Shown: one piece after another, positions 1-20,397 of the stretch
Layout: every line of letters starts with the position of its first letter
Position numbering within the stretch: the stretch's first letter is position 1
Origin: Paramecium tetraurelia
Lineage: Eukaryota
Reading direction: 5' to 3'
Assembly: GCA_000165425.1 (NCBI GenBank)
Contig: CT868025.1
Coordinates: 124,001 to 188,000 of the forward strand
Length of the DNA: 64,000 nucleotides
The notes under the pieces: generated by a model
The model's input: only the letters and a program-made list of their open reading frames with translations
What the model was told of the DNA's origin: nothing
The model's database searches: none
Translations under genes and position numbers: made by a program

Positions 1-1084
1 ATCCATATAAATTGATAGTAGGTAAGAGTAGCAACACACTTATGAATTTGGATAAGAGTATGTATAAGTAAAGCAGGAGAGTATTAATGTAATCTTGTCT
101 TCTTATATATGGACTGTTTTGATCGAATATCCTATATCCACAAGTTACTCCTGTAATGATAAAGATGATGGTCTCATTTGCAAATTGAGTGTATTACCAG
201 AAGATTTGCAATGGATGTTCTACTTCTGTTCTTATTCTGATTTTTGAAAACGCAGACATAAACAACCCTAAGGATATGACTGCAACCAATCCATTTTTTT
301 TAAATCCCAAATCTACAGATTCAGCCACAAAGTATGTTACATAGGCTGATACTATTGTGAGATTGATAGTTAATATAGAATTGTGGTTCACTCTTCTTAT
401 CCACCAAACAGTAAAGAGTCCAAACATGACACCAACAAATGCTCCCCCCAATAGTAAAGATAACCCATATGACAATTCTACTGTAAGCAAATCACAATCG
501 CCACTTGCACAATTCACTGCAATCAACATCAATACCATGGAGGCACAATTGTTGATTAGACTCTCACCCTGAACCAAAGATATGAATCTTTTTGGAGCTT
601 CAGCGTTACTTAATAGTTTTACTACCTGAAGTGTGTCAGTGCATGTTACCACCACTCCAAATACAAATGCAAATCCCCAACTGTAGTATTCATCACTATA
701 ATCCAGGAGCAATTTCAATCCCAAGCAAATTAGAGATGCTGAGATGAGGAGAGTGGGAATTGAGAGCATCAAGATTTGCATAATCTATTGCTTCATGATA
801 TAAATATCTGCATTGAAGGCACTGCTGAACACTAAGGCTGGCAGCAACAATGCCATGTTAGAATTAGCATCTATATCAAAGGCTGCTTGAACAGTCCTAT
901 GCAGTAAATGATTCTCTATTGAATTAAATTGAGATCCAATCAATATACCCACCACAAATACTGCAGCAGGATATGGAATCATAATCTTCTTTGTTATCTC
1001 ACTCACCAATCCTCCTATTGTTAAGGCGACGAAGATGAAAAAAATAACTATTGCTATCTATGCCACTTCCAAATGTTCTGACAT
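1..1084 (-). CDS. CPA1-family Na+/H+ exchanger (SOS1/SLC9C-like), 5' part; continues past the left edge
   Basis: ATG at 1084 (MSEHLEVAQIAIVIFFIF...). ORFs 785-1009 and 194-781 join through TAG=Gln. Many TM helices with motifs LLLPALVFSSAF, TCTDTLQV, GESLINN and AYVTYFVAES. Confidence 0.85.
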
Positions 1085-1131
1085 CTAATTTTAAGAAATA
1101 TTATTGTTTAAATTTAATATACACATTTATA

Positions 1132-3323
1132 TCAGTTTTATTAATTAATTAATTTCAAACGCCATCCAAAAAGAATCACTATTAATGACCCCGCAGCTAC
1201 ATTTGCAATCCCCTTACAATTCTCCATAACCCACATTTCAATTCCTTATATCATGCTATTCGCAAATTCCCAATAATTCACATCCAAAAACTATTCAATT
1301 CCATTTTGATCTATCTGCCTATATACGTTAACCCAAAAATCGATTATTTAAACTTAAACAATTGCAGGCACTATCGGAATTAACGAATAAGTATTAATTG
1401 ACATCTCAAATATTTCTCTAGACCTCGTTCTATTCATATTAACCCCCTAACCCAAAGCGTACATCAATCCTAAATTAAAGTACACATGACCCTTCATTGC
1501 ATCTAACAATTAGCCATCCAATGCTTTTTTGTAATGCCGAAATGACTTTATGAAATCCACATCCTCATATTTTCCAATGTAATAATAATCACCAAGCTTC
1601 ATATGACAAATTGCTTCCCTCTCTTTAGCGCATTGTGTAAGGAACCTATATTATAATGCTCCATTTAATTAAAAACTATCTAGTTGTAATAAATCATAAA
1701 GAGTGGAGTAACTCACAAACTGTAAATAATCCGAATACAAATATTCAAATGCATCCTTGTTAGCAACACCTCTAATTTAATAAACAGGATCTTTATCGAG
1801 TCTACTTTGAACTTCACTAAAGTGTAGAGTATCATAATAAAAGGCATCATTCTATTCCATCACAACAGCTGCATTCTCTAAAAAGTATTAATTTGCATTT
1901 ACATATAGCCACATTAAATCCACTATATCCAGCTTCAAAATATTTAGACAATGATTAAACATATTATTCCTGTTAGAACAGATAGTTAGCTGTTTTTAGA
2001 GTGTCAGCCCAAGGTCCTTTTGATGAAGAAGCATGCAATAGAGTGGCAGCCAAATCACAGGAGTAAAATAGATCTACTCCATCAAGTAGTATTAATGCCA
2101 GACTATATTGAGCCATGGCATGTCCAGTTACAGCTGCCTATTCAATCAATTAAACTCCCTTTTATTGATTGCGCTCTCTTTATATTGTAGAAGGCAACAT
2201 GTACAAGGATCCAAGATTAAATAAACCATCATTGTTTTGAAGGTCTGCTGCTTCTAAGGGTTGTAAATTGTAATATAATACTTCGAAAACAATCTTAAGC
2301 CTTTATTATGTCTTTTTGTACTCCCAATCCCTTGTAATACATATAACCTAATGCATTCTAGATTCTCCCCAAATAGTCTTAGTTTTTTGTTTCAATTTTA
2401 CTCAAAATCTAAAAAGCCAATAAGTAATTTGGCTCTTCTACTCCCAAATTTTCAATATGCATCTGAGCCACTCTGATGCCAGATTCCTTTTCATTTAATT
2501 ACTCATATAATTTGTAAAATAATTGATATGCCTTTGCGAAATTGCGTCTGAGTCCATTCAATCCGTAGTAATAGTTATACGCTAATTCTTTGACTTCAAT
2601 GGCAGATTCATGGGTGATTATATTCAAATTCTCAAATATTTGAGCGTGTCCAAATATGTCCAATTCGTGGTTCATGTAGAAATTGCTGTCATACAATACT
2701 TTGGCTACTTGCCTGTTTTCACTTAAGTATTTGGCTTTGATGGGTGTATTGGCCACTTCTTCCAATACTGACAAATAAAACATAGCAGAATTTGAGCAAT
2801 TCTAATTGACTCCTACTCCCTTCCAATATCTAAAACCTATCGCAACGCCACTCTGATGAAATCCTTAAATTGCAGAGAAGTATAGATCGACCAAAGAGAT
2901 GCTCTGATACTTCTCCTTAACGTACCGATAGAGTTTAGTTTCTGGGTCAAGATTACTTTAAAGATTGTAAGAGCCATCTAAATTTAAATATGTCAATAAT
3001 GACAAATAAAACTGAGAATTAATGTCCCCTAGATCAGACGACCTCTTAAAGTAATAAAGAGCCTATTTTCAATATAATGGCATTACCCTTGCAAAATCTA
3101 TTGAATTTTCATCTTCTAAACCATAAAAGATATACTGCCCATACATCCTAAAAAATTTAGATTGATATTGTCTGGGTATTTCATTCTTAAATTCGTTTAG
3201 TATTTATTTGAATGTATATTAACTTTCACTTGACGATTATTCAATATGGATTTCCCATTCCTTCAATAATTCATTTACATTGTTTTGAGCACATACGCCT
3301 AATAATAAAGTTAATATAATCAT
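1132..3323 (-). CDS. SEL1-repeat membrane protein, SEL1L/Hrd3-like (ERAD)
   Basis: Signal-peptide-like start MIILTLLLGVCA. Sel1 repeats such as LAYNYYYGLNGLRRNFAKAYQLF and VYFNLGLMYALGQGVNMN. C-terminal TM segment VAAGSLIVILFGWR, then TGA at 1132-1134. Confidence 0.8.
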
Positions 3324-3610
3324 TTTAATAATATTGGATAATATTATACACCCTTGATCAAATATTTTAGACCATCTTTACAAAGATATTGTTCAGATAT
3401 CTTAAATTGAGTGCTTTAACTACTGAGGACTGCTATCAAGGAATGATATTCAATTATCTATGACCTATTTGCTTTCTTATTTTCTTGAAAAAATGAATGC
3501 TAAATAATTCAAAGAATACTGGATTAGAAGGGAATATAGATATAAATAATCGATTGTAGGAGTTTAAAAATTCAAAATATAAAATTGTTATATATTTTTG
3601 AGTCAAACCA

Positions 3611-6205
3611 TCATGTAATTATTTCGAAATCATCGTTTTCGTCTGTAACTTAGTAGAATTGTTATGAGTATCTCATATCATCATCATCCTCCTCATTATT
3701 TATGATTTTCTCGCCAGTCAACCCAAGTATTTCAAAATCAATTGCCATTAGTAATCTGATACCATTGCTTATTGACTCCTCGTACGCTAAGATATTGAAG
3801 CCAACCTATGAATCCTATGGCCCATATAAGATTCTATTTGGCCAGCTTTTGGAACCATTTCTGGGCAGGAAACTAATGTTTTGTTCTTGGTAGCTTTTCA
3901 ATATCTAGGATGTCTAAAGACACTAGCATAACTAATCTTTTAAAAATAACTAGGGAATAGGGTCCTTCTTATTCTTACTGCAAAAGTCCTCAATCGATTC
4001 CTCGATTAATATTTGGGAATTGCAGATCCCCCCGAGAATCTATATGTTGGCATTGGCATTCTTATTTTTCATCTCTTCAATTATCTTTTTTTCATACATC
4101 AATAATTCCTAACAATTGACATTTAGGTTGACAACTTAAAACCGTTGATCCTAATAACTAAAATTCTACACAATTCCAATTTCTCTATCCTCCGACTTTA
4201 GAATATAATCTTTGAAATCTGCATTTTAAAGACATTATTTCGTGAATATGAAACTGTATTATTTTTCCTATAAGCTAATAGTATAGTCATTACATTCTAA
4301 CTATAGAAAGCACATTCATATTGCCCTAATTAAGATCGAATTGTCGATTGCATCTAATCTTTGATATAATTGCAAGGCTAACATTGCTTCACGATGTTCT
4401 GAAACATTACTATTATGAATTATGGTATTCTATAAGATATGGCTATTAATTTTACTATCTAGAATCAATTAAATGAAAGAAATCTTTAATTGTTTAACCC
4501 CTAGCATCATACCCGATAACCATTAACAATAAATTTTTGTGAATAATGGGGGATTGCTATTGCATTTATTCCACTATCCCCAAATACTACTTATTTTATT
4601 GCTGATTCTCTCCGACAATGAAAGAATAAATACCCTGTTTCTCCTCGTCTGTGACATTCTAGTTGTAAAATCTAACATCTAAGGGGAATCATAGTACCTC
4701 TGAAATCCTTTTAAGCCATGTTCGATCATCCCAGTCCAACTACTCCCTCCTGTCTTTTGGATTTTGGTCGTTGAGGAATTGGTACCGGCATAGATTCTAG
4801 ATATGTTATCTCCACTCTCCCCCCATAGAATCTTAATCAATTTAATGAGATCATGCACTTTCTCCTAATCTGACTTATAATTTAATGCACATATTTTACC
4901 AAATCTAAAATGGTTTCGCATTTAAATTCTTTCGGTATATTGATACTTAGATCATTTAATATAAGATTGGTAATGAAAAAGGCGATTTTAGTTTAAAAGA
5001 CGTTAGTTCTATCCAAACAATCCAAGCAATTTGTTCTTACTACCCCATTCTAGATATTCACTAATTTAAGAATCAAAATACATACATAGCTTTCCATTCT
5101 AAAATTTGGTATAGGATTACGAATTTAAAATTTCTTTATTCTGAATAATTAGAGGATTGAGTTTTTCAAACTTATAGTTTTTGCAATATTGCTTAAAATC
5201 AATTTGTTAATGCTGGATTTAAGGTAGATTGAGCATATTGATCATTCTAAATATAAACCATTTAAGTACTCTTTATAAGTTTAACTGATGATTGCCTCAT
5301 TCGGTTTGTCAACAGCCATTAGATCAATCAATAGAAGCGATCCGAAATATTTCTTCAAATTCATCAGATGCTTTGTTATAGCCATTTTTGTCTATTCAGT
5401 ATTTGATGTGATTTAGGATATTGCACGAATACCTACCTACTCCCAAAACACTGGAACAGACCCTCTGATTTACAGATGGCAATACAATTTCTCTTAATAC
5501 TCAACCAATTGTTCTGTTTCCACTGTGTTTGCAGCTGCTCCCTCCGCATTCAATCCTCTATGATTGTATCGAGTGCCTCCTCTTAGAGTCTCTCTTCGTG
5601 AGATTAAAATGTAGGTCAGCTTCTGTTTTTATTAAGTTTTGATTTCACACAGCCCCAACCCAACATACCCTTGTATTATTTTGATGCACCAACACTTTGG
5701 AATTGAATTGGCCAAAAAGGTTTTATAACCATGAAAATTCCACCAAAATCTCATACTCCTTTCACTTTATTCAGGTTGATGTTATTATGACAATGGGATG
5801 GTCAAATCGTATTATAGTGAGAAATAGGTGCATTTACTAAAATAGGTTTCAATATTTTTAATGCTTTGTTACTCCATGGAAGAAAATTGATTCTATAAAA
5901 TATTTGATACCGTAATTATTTCATAGACGATTTGACCATTTATTTTGCAAACCTCATTTGCTTCAGCGATATAAAGTAGGTTAAGTTTGCCATAAAATCT
6001 GTAGAACCCTACAATTCCAAAAATTCCAATTTCTTATTAGATTGATTCAATCATAGGTGAATTGACTTGAATGGTAAAACTTTATTTATCAATTGTGAGG
6101 GACTTGTCAAATCCACAAATATGAGGGTCTGGTACAATCTTATTTAGATCAATCTAATACATGAATTTTGTCTTAACTTATGAACATTTTCATTGGTTTT
6201 ATCAT
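3611..6205 (-). CDS. Synaptojanin-like protein: Sac1 phosphoinositide phosphatase plus degenerate inositol 5-phosphatase domain
   Basis: Sac motifs [34 protein letters not shown], catalytic [13 protein letters not shown] (~5000-5045) and [11 protein letters not shown]. The C-terminal region follows the 5-phosphatase motif order. Several short introns; TGA at 3611-3613. Confidence 0.85.
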
Positions 6206-6337
6206 TTTAATTAAATTTCTATGATTTTTTCTTAACTTTCCCATTAATGAAATGAAATCTCATTCTATGAAAACGAGAGATGGTAGAAATATAGATGCAA
6301 TAATATATTATATAGTATTTGAAATATAAAATCTAGA

Positions 6338-7338
<1,001 letters not shown>

Positions 7339-7439
7339 TTTGGTTTTTAATTAATAAATAGTTGAGTATCAAAATACAATAGTCTTTTATCAAGCAAAAT
7401 ATATTTGACTAATTTATTTTTATATTTAAATTGTTAAAT

Positions 7440-8991
7440 ATGCTCGAAGATCACTTGGCTGAAGCATTGCATTTATTGAAAAAATAACCACAACATCGAT
7501 GCAAAATGGAAATTGATCTATTAGTTCATCTTACTTAAGAACTTCCCTTTTTTAAATAATACTACAAACAAGAAAATGGGTTATTAATTCATCGGGAATG
7601 TTGTAAGCACATGTTTGTTGAACGGTTCTTAGCAACTGATATTGTATTTCATGTTGGTATGGAGACTCTATTAATAATGCAGATTCGATTGGTACTAAAT
7701 TTTATGTGATTCTGGATGGTCAAGTGGAGGTTTTGATAAAGAGAAGAGGTTATGATGAATTGGAATCTGTAAGAATTATGAGACAAGGAGAATCTTTTGG
7801 AGAGTTGGCTCTCATTCATCGACAACCTAGATTAGCAACTATACGTTGTGTGACTGATTCTTGCTTTGCTGTTTTAGATAAACAACAGTTTTAATCAATT
7901 TTACATTATGAGCAAACAAAAAAGATAGAATAAGTAAATCCAATTATTTTTATCTCCTAGAATGTTGATTATTTTTCTTAGATTTCAATATTTAACCAAC
8001 TTAATAGAGCTCAGTTAACCTAAATCTACTTGAATTCATTTCTCTATGAATATGAAAAGAACTAAACTGTATTACAAGAAGGAGACAAATCCGACAGTTT
8101 TCTCATTGTCAAGACCGGTCTATTTTAAGTGCGTAAATTCATGAACAAATCACATCCTCTAATCGTAATCAATATCCCCCATCATCATAGTTGTTTGAAA
8201 TTGGAGAATTATAAGTATTTGGATTTTACCATCTCTTTAATAAGATCCCATACGAATACTCAATTATTTGTCTCAGTCCTAAAGGGCAAATTTACAAAAT
8301 ACACAGAACTTCTTTGATTGAGAAGATATTTGAAGGACACACCTAAGATTTAGATAAACATATGTAAGAAATTAATTCTTATGTCCATTTTAAAGTTCAT
8401 TAAGAATAGAATACTCATCTTAAATACCCCAGATATTTTCAAATTAAAACATCATGTGAATAGGACAAAGAAATCTCAGAGGAATATGTAAAAACCATTA
8501 GAAATAAAGAATCTAAAAATGATAACCGTAAAAGTAGAAATCAATTAATCAAGCAAAAAATGGATACAATGATTGAACAATCTAAGAGAAAATTTGGACA
8601 GAAATCTAGCATCCCAAGATTTAATAGTTTATTCGAAATATTCCTCAAATCTCACAAAGGATTAACAACTGAAAATCAAAGACAAAACAGTCCACCCTTA
8701 TTTGAAACCCCAACTAGACAAATCGGAACTATTAGTCATTTAATTCATCATGATGAATAGAATAGTCCCTTCATCACTTTCAGAAGTAGCAGTCCTGTAA
8801 TGATGAACAAAGGAAATCAGTTCCCAATTCTTAAATTATCTAACAGTTAGAGAACCATAGTGAAATCGAGTCATCATTATAATTCCAAGTTCAACTTCCA
8901 GGAGTATTGCAATTTAAAGTAAATGTAAACATAGAAAAATTGTATATCATTAAGTCCCGACATAATGAAACTGAAAGTACATAAATATTGA
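7440..8991 (+). CDS. Cyclic-nucleotide-binding (CNB) domain protein with two CNB-like domains and a low-complexity tail
   Basis: FYVILDGQVEV and cassette FGELALIHRQPRLATIRC. Second domain EGDKSDSFLIVKTG...FGFYHLFNKIPYEYSIIC. ATG at 7440, TGA at 8989-8991, short introns. Confidence 0.8.
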
Positions 8992-9982
8992 CTCTTTATT
9001 ATATAAATGTATATTGTAAATTATCCACACATATTTAATGATCAGAATTAATTAATTAGATATTGAATGTCCTACGTATTTATTATTATTTCTGGAGAGT
9101 TGCCATGTGCACATTAGAATTCATAAATATAATGTTCACTCTCTTTATAAGAATTTCTTTATCCTCATTCATTATAATAAAATAATATTTCAAATATATC
9201 TTTCATGTTATTGATGAAACTATTAAACCATGATTCTAATATTTTTAAAAGATCAATAGACTCATATTACTCTAATGAAAACTGTTAATAAGACTATTAT
9301 CATAAGATAGTTAAAGCAAAATCAATTTTTAATAAATATTGCCATCCTTTAACAATAAGTTTTATGCTCATTAAAGTAATTTAATTTCAAGAATTAAAAT
9401 GTCTTAATAGGTGATATTTTTAATGATAGGATTGGCAAAATACTCATTTTCAGGGTCATCTGGGTCTATACTACATAAATGAGTAATCATCAACTGATTA
9501 AGTACCATTACAATATAGTAGTGCTCCATATAATGTCAACATATTCTTAATCTGATCGATTAGAAGTTCCATCAACTCAAAAAATAATAGCTCTGCATTG
9601 CAGAAGTAATTGCATTAAGAACTATATTTGAAGTAATAATTTGTTCTAATCAATTCAAAGTTACAATCGAACACATTCATTTCTAATATGTTTTTCACTT
9701 ATTTAAAAATCAAAATGAATATAGAAATTATGTTATTCCTCATCTATTATAATTAGTTTCATTTGTGTTCTTGCTCATGTTCAACTGATTTGGGATGCCT
9801 GATAAATTTTATTAAATTCTCTATTTTGACTCATTAGAAAATATAATAATTTGTATTATTATAGATCAAGTGTTTCAATTAATTTAATTGGAGCAGTCCA
9901 TGTTCGATTTATTCAAATTTCTATAATTAATGATCAGTATATTTAAGTTTTTCAATTCAATTTTTCAAAATACATATTAAAT

Positions 9983-14725
<4,743 letters not shown>

Positions 14726-14757
14726 TAATCATTTTTAATAACTTATATGTAAATATT

Positions 14758-17700
14758 TCAAGTTAAATTATGCTTAATTATTATTTATTTCAAAGTTCTA
14801 TCAAGTTGATTGTCTAGAAACAGTGAAGTCTATGGCATCAACAATATAAACTTAAGTACTAACTTAAATTCCTGGTAGTACATTTATGTAACCAAGTGAT
14901 ACATCATTACAATTGATAATAAATAAAATATGATTGCACAAATGTTGATGATCTAAAATTTAGCTTGATTTGTACCAATATTGAATCAATTAGGTTATTC
15001 GTAAATCGCACTAGTTCATCCTAAAATTATGCCTTGATATTCGAAACAGCATCATAACTGATGAGTCCAATCTCAAGTTATTCATTAAGTGAATATTACT
15101 AAACACTAAAATTTTGAGAATTCTTATATTCATTAAGTAATTCATTCCTAACAGTGTTTAAGGAGAGTTGAAATCCCCTTCTAACAACACCATCATAAAC
15201 GGCATCACAATGTATCTAAGCACTCTCTTTTTTAAACTAATGAAAATAATAAGAACTATTAATACTTCTGGAAGAAACTCACAAACATCATTTTGCATAA
15301 GTGATTCGATCTTATTTATGAATGCATCAGATGTTATCAAAGTAGATGGATCAAATTCTGACATCTAAGCCAGAAATTCATTTATCGTATCGATGTGCTC
15401 GAAGAATGTTTTAATAAAATAAGCAGTATCTTTAATAAAAAAGAAGGCTTATTAATCTTTCGGAGACGCAACATATATGATTTGTCTTAAGCTAAAAACT
15501 CCAGTTGAAGCAATACTGACATCACATAAGGTGTTGAAGAAATTTGTGGTATCTGGATATTTGGCAAAATATGATTCTCCCAAAGATGTCGATACGAAAC
15601 ATAACCCAAAGCACAATGCGTAAATGGTTGAATATACTACTAGTGAAGGTAATTTTGTAGATTTCTGATCAAAACTTAAATTGGTGGCTTTTTGTTTTGA
15701 TTTATGTGCCTTCTAATTTTAAGCTATCTTTTCCTTTCTTATATCTTCAGCAGCTAAGAACTTCTCTTTCAAATCAATATCAAATTGATATTTGAACAAA
15801 ACATCAGAATCTTTGATTACTAAAGAGGATATGCCTTTGTATCTATCAATGTCTCTTTAAACCCATACTAATTCCAACATGGAAAACAGCTGAATAAATT
15901 GATCATACTATTGTAAGTAAAAACCATGGAATTTAACAACTATTAGCAATAACAGAAAACCGATGATCAATGTAGGAATCATCAAAGACATCCATTTATC
16001 CTTTACAGTCTTTGATCTCTGCACCGAATAAGACAACATATCCTAATTGACTATAGTTAATTAATCATAAAATGTCTGATAATTTCCAAATAGATACACA
16101 AAAAACCCAGATGTAGGATCCAAAGAAGTAAATATGTTTAAATAATCTAACAATACAAATTAATATGCTGCTTCCAATGAAAGATAAATTGCCTCTCTTG
16201 CTGATACGTTTCTATCAGATGTAGTTGTTTACTCAGATTGCATTATAGTAAAATTTTTATCCTAAAAAAAAGGATTTAAGTATTAATTTGATAATTGCTT
16301 TATATAACTAGCCTTCAACTCTTCGTAATTGTAACTTATATCATTTTTTGAATATTCTAACTTTATAGCTGCAGTCGATGCGTTCATCAGTCCAATCATA
16401 CTCAAAATAGCATAATTCATAACTGCATTTTAAGCCACTATGTAATTATCAATTGGAGCTACTATATTCGATTTTATTTGAACCATGTCCAGTTCTTACA
16501 GAAATCTATTCAAATCATCAGATGAAAATATCATTTAAACGATTGAAAAAACTATGAACAACACAAACAAAATTGTTAAGAATATTCTAGCCAAATAGTA
16601 ATGCTATGAGAATTTCTCAGAAGTGACCAATTTCTATATCAAATCATATTTTTTAGAATATTTTGACTTTTTAAATGCTGCAACTGAACTTACTTATGAT
16701 CCAATATCATCAATTTAAATAACATTTTGATCCTATTCTTCTAATTACATTTACATTTTTATATTCTCTTGTAATTCTTGATCAATATCTTCTAATTATA
16801 ATTTATCAATCTAATTTTAATGTTTAATTTCTTTCTCATTATCATTTATACTTTGATCCTCTGCATTCGATGAAACATCCTTTTAATCAACTGCTGAAAA
16901 AAATTACTATCTAGCATCATGATTTCTTCGACTATTGCTTTCATATAATCCTCCTTCATTAGACTTGGCATCTATCAATTTTTAACCTGCATCCTTAGGG
17001 CTCACTAAAGAAACATTTGGATAAAATGACTAACTTTAATTCTTCTAATTTCTAAATGCCCTTACACCAAATTAAGCATCACTCTCTGATTAATCCTATT
17101 CAAAATTCATTAGTTAATTCTGATTTTGTGTTTAATCAAATTCCAATGCTCTTGGAATATTAGCATAAAATTCATCTTATTCAAAAAATTCCAAATCTTC
17201 AAAATCCTCTAAATTATCCTAATAGTAAGTTTAAGATGCTCCTGGTGTTGGAGTAACATTTTCAGTTTGTTATGGTGTGCTAAAGCTCTTCATGTATCTT
17301 TTAGCCTCTCTAATCTCTATTATTACATAATTGCTGGATGTATCTTATTTCAACTTTCTATAATGAAATACTGCGTCTACAACAAACTATTAACAATTTG
17401 TTTCAACATCCCAATTGTACTTTTAATTCTTAAGCAAACTATCGATCTCTGGTAAAATCATATGGATTTAGTACTCACTCTAATCCATTACATCTTATTC
17501 ATAATCCTCATTTTCATATGAAAATTTAGTAGCATTCATTTCCATAACAGTTTACAATTTAGGAAAGATTTTTGATAATGGCTATTTGTTAAGTGCTTCC
17601 ATTAATGTTGCGATTAATTTAATTGGATACCCTATTTTACTTATAAAGTTTTTGCTAATACTCTAAATTTTGTTATTATTACAACAAAACATAAAAGCAT

Positions 17701-20107
17701 TTTGGTTATCTTTATTTTAGAAAAAGCAAGCAAATGTTAAATCCTCCAGATTGCTTACATTGATATCAAAGAAGAAATCAATGGACTTTATATATTTCTA
17801 TTGATATCTGCAATAATTCTGGTTTATTTAACGATAGAAATTTGAATGACCTGATTAGAGAAAATGTTAAACAAATTTTTAATGGATTGAATCAAAATTA
17901 TTTGGAAGTAGGTGATCAATAGTTTTAATTAACTTAAACTTTTCTTAATTATATCCAAAGAAATCATGGATCTAATTGGAACATTATCGGATTTATAATT
18001 TATGTGATTTTTCATCAAACCCTACAATTATGTAATCCAATTTGCTTGAAAACATATCAAAACTAATTTAAGATTACATTTTAAATAGTTTTTCATCTGA
18101 AATCGAAGTAACGGTAGCTAATTTGTAGGCTTAAAAATAATTATTCATTACTTCTGATTAATAAAAAGTATTGAGTGCTTGCATTTTCCTACCTTATAAT
18201 TATTATAATTATATTTACTTGGAAATTAGAAGTATAATCGTAGTAGTTCATCTTCAAGTTCTGTTAATTTCAGAATCATTTACTTAGCAGAATTAAATAA
18301 ATTAAAACTAGAGTTTAGTAAAGTTAAATTAACAAAGAAATCCTTCTTTTTATTGATCATTTTGATGATCTTATTTTTCAATTTCTTATTACTGTCTTCT
18401 GATCTTAAAAATAGTTTAACAGCATGTTCAAGATTGTCAGATAGTATTTAATTGCTCTATTTACCCAATCCAGTACTCATAGTCTTCTTGATCAATTCTT
18501 GCATTAAGACCAGTCTCTATTTGTATATGAATCCTATATTCTGGATTTTGATGTGAATCATTTCATCTGGTTTGCTATCAACTTTTGATTTTTAAGCAGA
18601 GCTGTTCTGTTGGTCTAAACTATTGCTAGATCCAGCCTTTTGACTTCCAGGTTTTCCAACTAACACTTTGCTGAACTGAGATGAACTACAACAATATAAT
18701 ATTTGATAATTACAAATTTTCACTCTCTTGATAGACTACAATATTTGATTATTAAAATGCTCTAGTACTTAATCCTAAATAATGGATTAGAGATAAATAG
18801 TGTAAAAAATATAATTATTTAATTTATTATTACTTAAGCTTATTTATAGTTAGGTTAAAATAGTTGACTTAATCTTTTAAATATAGATTTATAATTTACT
18901 CAAAAGTTAATTATTGTTGAGTACACAAACATTTTGGTGTTTAACAATGCTGTAAATGAATTTACTTGAAGTAAATAATTTGTATTATTTTGCGATTATC
19001 GTGTAAGTAAGAATGTTTTACATCTCCAAACTCATCAATTATTGAACCAATTTTGTACAGCATCAACTAACTAGCCATCATTTGATTGTTATTTAGGATG
19101 ATACTGTAATGGAGATTATTATATAGGATTATGGGAATTAGGGTTGCAATTGGTATAATTATGAGAATCAAGGCAGTCTCATAATCTTTATATTCAGACT
19201 TAAATTACGATAATTGAATGAACACTAATATTAAGGACATTGAAAATTAAAAACATTCTGAGAACAACTCAATAATGCATCGTTTATAAAGGTTTTGAAA
19301 TGTTGCAAAGATGCTATAAATGTTAAATGCCGACTTTACCAATAAAATTGTTACAATCAAGTAAAATCTTAATGATTTGCTGTTGTTTTCGAATTGATTA
19401 AGGCATAAAATTAGAATTGAAAAGATTGGGTTCAAAAAATGATTAAAGGATTACGATAACATATTCAAATTTCTCACCTTGATATGGCTGGATTGTTGAA
19501 TGCAAAATAAGTAAAAAATCAAATTCAAAATTATCAAAATAAAAGATATGATTGATATTGGTAAGGCAACTAAATTTAAGTTTTCTTCTTAAGAATAATA
19601 TTGAATTGATGATGTTATTAATTCCAACTAAGGGATCAAAATTAAATAGTATAGCAATGCCTGTTTATAAGAATAGACTTTCAATATAATTTAAAATAAT
19701 CTATTTTATTGCTGGAGTATCTCGGACATCCTCTTTTGTTTCTTGCTTCTCGCAAAACAAATGAAAATATAGAAAATTATGGCTTCGTATGCAAGTAAAA
19801 GTGTCAAAGGAATTATAAATGAAAAATCTCCAAAATTCTTAGGCAACATCACATATGGTCTTGTGAATGTTGAAATATTCAAAAAAAAATTCTTGAATCC
19901 ACTATGCTCTTAGTTTTAGAAGAAGTAATTTTCAAAAGCAAAACTCAATTGTTAAAATGAGGAAAGTATAATGACAATATATTAAAATGACTAATTGATG
20001 TGAACCATCTCATCATCCATAAATATCTTAATTTAAATAACAAAAGAAGCATATAGGGTTTTGTAATTTACTTTCTCTTTTTCAGCCTTCTTTTTTTTCA
20101 TATGCAT
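14758..20107 (-). CDS. Large (~1750 aa) multi-pass membrane protein with a PAS-like domain (TmcB/TmcC-like ciliate family), copy A
   Basis: Long code-6 reading frame from ATG 20107. N-terminal TM cluster, PAS-like segment IHDFFGY...IDHLLPNNFDSIHQKFVQHFLQSG (~17850-17980), and C-terminal TM helices ending LLMPQTSLFLDNQLDR. Two introns near the 3' end. Confidence 0.75.
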
Positions 20108-20397
20108 TCTGCTTTATTTATGAATAATTGAATGAATTAATTTCAAAATATTTACAAAAACATAAAAACATTATAAAAAATAGAAGTATTAATTAATTTT
20201 TTAAAAAATGATATGAATATTTCATTTTTAAGAAACTTTTCAAGAACAAATTTGATTAATGGCTACAGAAGATATATCTATTTCTTCAATTTTTCAAATT
20301 AATCTTTTATGCAGTTTTTGTTCTCAACCATTAATAATAATATAATAATTTACAATAAATTATCAATTTAATATTTTTATGTATTAATAATAAAGAA

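Noticed and set aside
9040..9700. Coding-like segment between the CNB and ABCC genes
   Set aside because: Frames of ~100 aa exist on both strands but have no recognisable motif or consistent intron model; it may be a small gene or remnant.
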